Below the pieces are notes generated by a model. That model was not told the DNA's origin. It was given only the letters and a program-made list of their open reading frames with translations, and did no database searches. From Macrostomum lignano (taxonomy: Eukaryota), in contig NIVC01000874.1 of NCBI GenBank assembly GCA_002269645.1, positions 62,001 through 126,000 on the forward strand: 64,000 nucleotides of DNA, read 5' to 3'. A program made the position numbers and the translations under genes. This document shows, in pieces, positions 58,801-64,000 of this stretch (positions within the stretch are counted from its first letter, which is position 1; each line of letters starts with the position of its first letter).

Positions 58801-59863
58801 GCTTCTTGCAAAGGTGTGGGCAATGAAGCACTTCCGAAACTACTTGGCGTCAGCTGGTGAAATTCTGGTCTTCAGCGACCACAAGCCGTTGCAAGGGTTG
58901 CTGAACACGAAGGAACCCGAAGGCCGCCTCGCCTGGTGGATCACCTACCTGCAAGAGATAAACTTCACGCTGCTCTTCAGACCCGGTCACGAGAACGTGG
59001 TGGCAGATGCGCTAAGCCGAGCGGCGGCGACTCGGCTGCCACCTGTCTGGTCGAACGACGCTATCAGTACAGCGCAGGCTGACGACCCGGTGCTGGCGGC
59101 GGCACAACGGCTGCTCATCGGACAGCAGCCCTGCTGATGCAACGCTGCAGAGGATGCAGAGAACCAACTGAGGACAGAGAAGCTGGACCTAGGTGAGGAC
59201 GGCGTCATCAGAAGGAGCGGCAAGCCTGTCATTCCGCTTCAACTCCGCCATTAGCTTCTGAGGTTGCTGCACGATGATCCAGCGAGCGGACACGTCGGAC
59301 CCGACAGGACACTGGCCAGAGTCAGAGCCTGGTGGCCCGGCCTGAAGGATGACGTTCAGCTCTGGGTAAACAGCTGCGAAGTTTGTCAGCGTCGTAAGGT
59401 GCCACATCAGCACCAGTGGGCACCACTGCAGGACAACGCCGTGCTATCGGCCCCGTGGGAGATGGTGCAGGTGGACATTAAGGGGCCCCTGCCTACGACC
59501 GAGGCTGGCCTCAAGCACATCATCTGCTTCACGGATGTGTTTTCAAAGTGGGTCAAGGCGACGGCAGTGACAAACATCGAAGCCCGCACGGTGGCTGAGG
59601 CAATGCTGCGTAGTGTGATTCTTCGCCATGGGTCGCCTGGAATCATCCATTCCAATCAAGGTCGTCAATTCGAAAGCGAGGTCTTCAAGGAACTGTGCAA
59701 GCGGCTCGATATTCGCAAGACAAGGACGACCCCGTTTCATCCAAGCGGCAACTCAGTGGTCGAGCGGTTTAACAGAACATTGGGCGACATGCTGGCGGCC
59801 TACTGCATGGAACAGCACGACAAGTGGGCGGACTTCCTGCCGTATGTCATCTGGGCGATATGA
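55827..59863 (+). mobile_element. Ty3/Gypsy LTR retrotransposon, decayed and 3'-truncated
   Basis: Candidate 5' LTR 55827-55978 (TGTAAA...TTTACA), PBS 55980-55992 and gag ATG 56016. Two CCHC knuckles, protease LFDTGA, RT (RICTDWRSLN, FSTLDLRQGFLQV, YMND), RNase H (CPVAYASR, YSTTHRELL) and integrase (H..GH..C..C, DIKG, NQGRQFES, VERFNRTL) in PR-RT-RH-IN order. Several frameshifts and stops; no 3' LTR seen. Confidence 0.95.
55980..55992 (+). promoter_or_regulatory. Primer binding site complementary to tRNA-Leu 3' end
   Basis: TGGTGGCAGCGGT is the complement of ACCGCUGCCACCA, the 3' end of typical metazoan tRNA-Leu(AAG/UAG). It lies immediately after the LTR-ending CA. Confidence 0.75.
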
Positions 59864-60191
59864 TTTGCAAAAAAATAAAACTCATATTTATAATTATATT
59901 AATAATTTATCTGCCTCTAGAAAAGATCCCAAACAAACCAGAAACTGAAAAAGGATCAATTTCTCGAGTGCAAGAATCCACGAAAAAGCAGACATGTGAT
60001 CTTGATTATACGATATGTTTATTTAAATAGTTTTTAAGGAAACTAAAGACATTAAATATTTTATAGACTTCATTAAGACTCGAGAAAGCCGAATAAGCAG
60101 AATCAATAAGCTTCTAATTTTGAAAAGAACTCTACTGGACACTACATAGTGACAGACTGACAAAAGGATAGAAAATAATATATGGCTGCTA

Positions 60192-60614
60192 CACTCAGCA
60201 ACATTGAACACTGACTGGGGAGAGTGCAGACCACGCGCATCCCGCATCGGTCACAGGTCAGTAAAAACTTACGTCTAGAGAGAGGCTACTCGATTTACTC
60301 TGGCTAACGTACTGTACTCGCGATGGTCCCGTCAGATGACAGACTGTGAGGGATGGCGCGCTGTCAGCATGCTGGAAGCCGGCATGCCAGTTCGGGCTGC
60401 TGTCTGTCCACTCTGTGCGGTGCAAACTGGAGTCTACAGAGAAAGTCTAGAGAGGCAGGCAGATGTAACACACGAAAGTATTAAAATTCAGTGCGAACGA
60501 CAGATTATTGTTCCTGAAAACAACTAGCTCTTTTTCAGAACGACAGTTACGTAGCAAGCCCCTTTGGACCCGCGGCGTTTTGGGTGTTTTGGGTGTTTTC
60601 AATGTTGCTGAGTG
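60192..60614 (+). mobile_element. Internally deleted Tc1-like transposon retaining transposase N-terminus
   Basis: TA|CACTCAGCAACATTGAA on the left and TTCAATGTTGCTGAGTG on the right. Encodes EGWRAVSMLEAGMPVR, which resembles the Tc1 N-terminal HTH. Confidence 0.75.
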
Positions 60615-61100
60615 GAGTTTCGAAGGTGTGCTCAGACAGAAAACGGGGCAAACTAAACTAGTAAAAGAAAAATAAATATTTGTTTTTAGGTTCATTATGT
60701 TTTTTTAAACTGATCTTGCTCTCATTTATCTTAACGAAGTCGGCTTCCAACGTGCCACTGCAGTTCTTCAATTCTCTCCATCAGGGACGCAGCTCGACCG
60801 TCCAAACCTGGGCAAGTGGTATTTTTAGAACGACTTGGAAAGCGCTGTTAAGCGAAATTCTTCTTATCAACTTGCTTGCTAATCAAATACTTCGTCAAAT
60901 CTACTGGCCTCAAAGTCAGTTTCATTCTGTCGAAACAGGGTTACTACGAGTATATAAAGGAAGAGGATGTGAACTTAAGCGCGATTTGGAAGCCGTGAGT
61001 CCAGCAACCAAACCGCTGCGAAATTCTCACTATTCAGACCCAAAATAGACAAGAAAAGCGTAATTTATCTTTCTTCCACCCGGCCGCTTCCGCATAGGAC

Positions 61101-61528
61101 AAATGGGGAAAAATGGGGATTTCATGTGAACTTAAGGCTCTGAAATGGAAGCGGTGGCCGATTGAGCCGGTTTCTCTATCGGATCTCTCTACTGGACCGA
61201 CAATGAGAGAAGAATCGTCGAAAACCGCATCTCTCTATCATTTGGGCTCCCTGAATGGGATAAATGAGGAAAATGGGGATTTCATGTGAACTTAAGGCTC
61301 TGAAATGGAAGCGGTGGCTGATTGAGCCGGTTTCTCTATCGGATCTCTCTACTGGACCGACAATGAGAGAAGAATCGTCGAAAACCGCATCTCTCTATCA
61401 TTTGGGCTCCCTGAATGGGATAAATGAGGAAAATGGGGATTTCATGTGAACTTAAGGCTCTGAAATGGAAGCGGTGGCCGATTGAGTCGGTTTCTCTATC
61501 GGATCTCTCTACTGGACCGACAATGAGA
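61101..61528 (+). repeat. 160-bp tandem array (~2.6 copies)
   Basis: aaatggggatttcatgtgaac recurs at 61111, 61271 and 61431. Confidence 0.95.
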
Positions 61529-61890
61529 ATCTGACCGATGAAGCAGGCCGGCAAAGCTGCCTTGAGTCTTTATGTTGAAGAATGTTTAATGATTTCTGTA
61601 ACTATATTTAACGTTAAAATATCTTTTTAGTATCTGTATTAGACTTTTTTGAACAGGTTTAGTGAAATATTAAAATGCACGATTTTAGTACTGTATGAAT
61701 ACAATGCATTTGCAAATAATGGGAACCAAAAGTGCATGAGCAAATATTAACAAGCAAAAGTACATGTAACAGAGCAAGTAGTGGCAAGCAAAAGTTCATA
61801 GGTAGGTATAAGTCTTTCGAATGTTGGAGTGCATCGCAAGGAAAAACTAAAACTTGTCTAGCTCGGTTCTACGATCTGGTGAAAGCACGA

Positions 61891-63211
61891 TTAGTCTTTC
61901 TTTTGCACAACTACAGCAGCGATATTTTGTGCATCCCGGAGAAACGAATTGCAGTTGGGCACAATTCTGGAATCGCCAATCAACCACCATACATTGTCAT
62001 GCCAAACACTGGTAGTGTAGTGCCCGCGATGGAGAGATCTGCCATAGTGGCATATCACTATCACAGGACTGCCGAAGTCGGAATTACTCTCAGATCTTGG
62101 TGAGTACCGTATTTGGGTGTTGATTTTTTCGGTGTTATAGTTTTCTGGAGTTCTGCTGAAGTAAATACTCGTAATTGCAAACTTGGCCGCTGACAGAATA
62201 ATCTGCTCTTCAATCAAGCCTTCGCATCCTAATTGGCCGCACTGCGAAATGCGTGGTCACAGTCGCTCTTCCAAAAGATCGTAAAGGCTAATCGGAGCCC
62301 TGCTGTACTCTGAGAGAGGAACGCAAAGAATTTGTTCACTGATTGTTCCTGTTGGAATCGAGGCTGCGCTGTAGCCACAACGTCGACAATTACGGAGCGC
62401 CATCTGCAAGGGCGCCATTAGCAACCGAGAGAGTCGAAAGCAGGGCTTCCAAGAACTCCAGAAAGCAGTGCTGCTCACCAGCAGCAAATCTGCCGGGCAA
62501 GATGCGCCTGATAATTCCTTGTACTTCTGCGGCGGAAGTATTTTTTAGAGCTAGCATTTGATGAAAAAGCAGCGGTAGAGATCTTTGCAAGTCGCTAGCT
62601 ATGTCCCGTCTCATTAATGGGCCGTTCTGCTCCATCCAGTAAAGAAGCTGAATGGCAGAATTGGCATAGCAGTCTGCTCCGCTATTTCTTAGTCCACAGA
62701 GAGGCTGCGGCTCTGAACTTCTTGATGATGTTTGTTTGGCATCCTTTGCTCCTGAACGATGCTCTTGACGAGGCTCTGTTCTAACATTTTCCTCAGCAGG
62801 TAGAGATATGTAAAGATTAGCGTTGAGGCTTTTAGGAAGCTGTGTATCAACGAAGCGGCGCTCAGGATATCGTTGGCGAAAGGAATCTGGGTCGTAGGCA
62901 TAATGACCTAGGACCAAAAGAACTGTCATTACATGGCAGTCACAGCCAGCTGTTCGGCTACCCACTTTGGACGAGGAGTAGTAGGCATGTAGCCTCCTTA
63001 GACCGGCATCGTGGAATCCAAAAGGGTTTCCATTCGGTAAATCGCTGAGGCGAAGAAGGACTCGATATGTTCGAGGTGTGTGCCTCGAAAACACAACGGA
63101 TATAAATATCCACGACGGTTGCCAGTTGCCGAATTCCTTTTTTCCAGTTCCTTGCCTGCTGTTCTTGCCGGAATTTCCAGCAGCGCATCGATTGAGGCAG
63201 CTGCGATGCAA
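61891..63211 (-). pseudogene. Disrupted ubiquitin-specific protease (peptidase C19/USP)
   Basis: Cys box LCGLRNSGADCYANSAIQLL and QQD-like GEQHCFLEFL; after a frameshift near 62400, CRRC...LCVPL...SLYDLL; then an in-frame TGA at 62259-62257; then CGQLGC and the His box VICHYGRSLHRGHYTT..W..IGDSRI. Confidence 0.8.
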
Positions 63212-63811
63212 GGTCTTAGAGCTCTAACAACGTATCACCGTCGAAATTCTCAAGCGTGTGTTGCACCTGGATGTTTTGGATATACCTTTCAGACTGCTGT
63301 ACATGAAATGGTCCCACACTTACTTCCTGAAGGTTTTCTATCTCAATTCGAGGAAAGCCTGTGGACTCAGGATCTAGCACATCAACTGGTGACCAGCGCC
63401 TCGACCCTTCGATAGGAGTTCGGGTCACGTCACACAGGTAGTTCACACCTTCAATCGGATCGAATTCGTTGCTGAGAAACATGCGCCTGGTAAAATTCTG
63501 ACCAAACGAAAAAAGTGAGCTGTCATTCCATGACTTTGGCAGCGTTTTATTCAGTGGGAATCCAATGTGCGATCGGTTGTATTTGGCAATACAGTTGCCG
63601 ATAATGACATCTAGCCGACTCGATGTACTGAATTCAGCTGGCTGCTGCCACTGGTATGGCTCATGCCGCTCAATAATACACCTGTTCTGCTTGATTGCGG
63701 CGAACGCGCACTCAACAAAAAAGCGGGAAAGCGTAGCCAGCCTACTGGTATTTGACTCAAAAACAGTCAGTTTTCCTTGAACGGGACGATCCTCAGCCGA
63801 GACTGGATTCT

Positions 63812-64000
63812 TTGAGCCATAAGTTCACATGAAATCCCCATTTTTCCCCATTTATCCCATTCAGGGAGCCCAAATGATAGAGAGATGCGGTTTTCGATGA
63901 TTCTTCTCTCATTGTCGGTCCAGTAGAGAGATCCGATAGAGAAACCGACTCAATCGGCCACCGCTTCCATTTCAGAGCCTTAAGTTCACATGAAATCCCC
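63812..64000 (-). repeat. Inverted copy of the 160-bp array (runs off window end)
   Basis: Reverse complement of the 61.1-61.5 kb unit; aagttcaca recurs at 63821 and 63982. Confidence 0.93.

Noticed and set aside
56270-59260. Programmed ribosomal frameshifts in the Gypsy element
   Set aside because: There are too many breaks, they fall inside domains, and the RT active site is mutated; decay or sequencing indels explain them better.

Overview
Eukaryotic (metazoan) genomic DNA. The organism cannot be proven from sequence alone; the density of minisatellites and the GC3-rich, poly-Ala-rich genes suggest a flatworm such as Macrostomum (inference). There are four well-supported protein genes. 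(1) A V-ATPase V0 subunit a (+, 5930-15405) with a candidate pair of mutually exclusive second exons and a different minisatellite in every intron. (2) PPP1R42/LRRC67 (-, 27148-25233). (3) An UNC-76/FEZ homologue (+, ~30211-31304) whose first exon was not found. (4) A ~22 kb polycystin-1-like gene (-, 55437-33619) with signal peptide, F5/8C-like, C-type lectin, fibrinogen-like, PKD, REJ, non-canonical GPS, PLAT and polycystin channel regions. A further small-exon gene may lie hidden between arrays at ~19.2-22.5 kb. Mobile DNA includes Merlin-like, P-like and hAT-like MITEs, two Tc1 deletion derivatives, a fold-back Penelope GIY-YIG fragment, two tRNA-derived CORE-type SINEs (one with a twin-priming-type 5' inversion), a solo LTR and a decayed, 3'-truncated Ty3/Gypsy element. 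At the window end, a disrupted USP (peptidase C19) deubiquitinase ORF is enclosed by inverted 160-bp tandem arrays. All exon boundaries and family calls come from reading the sequence by eye; no database search was run.
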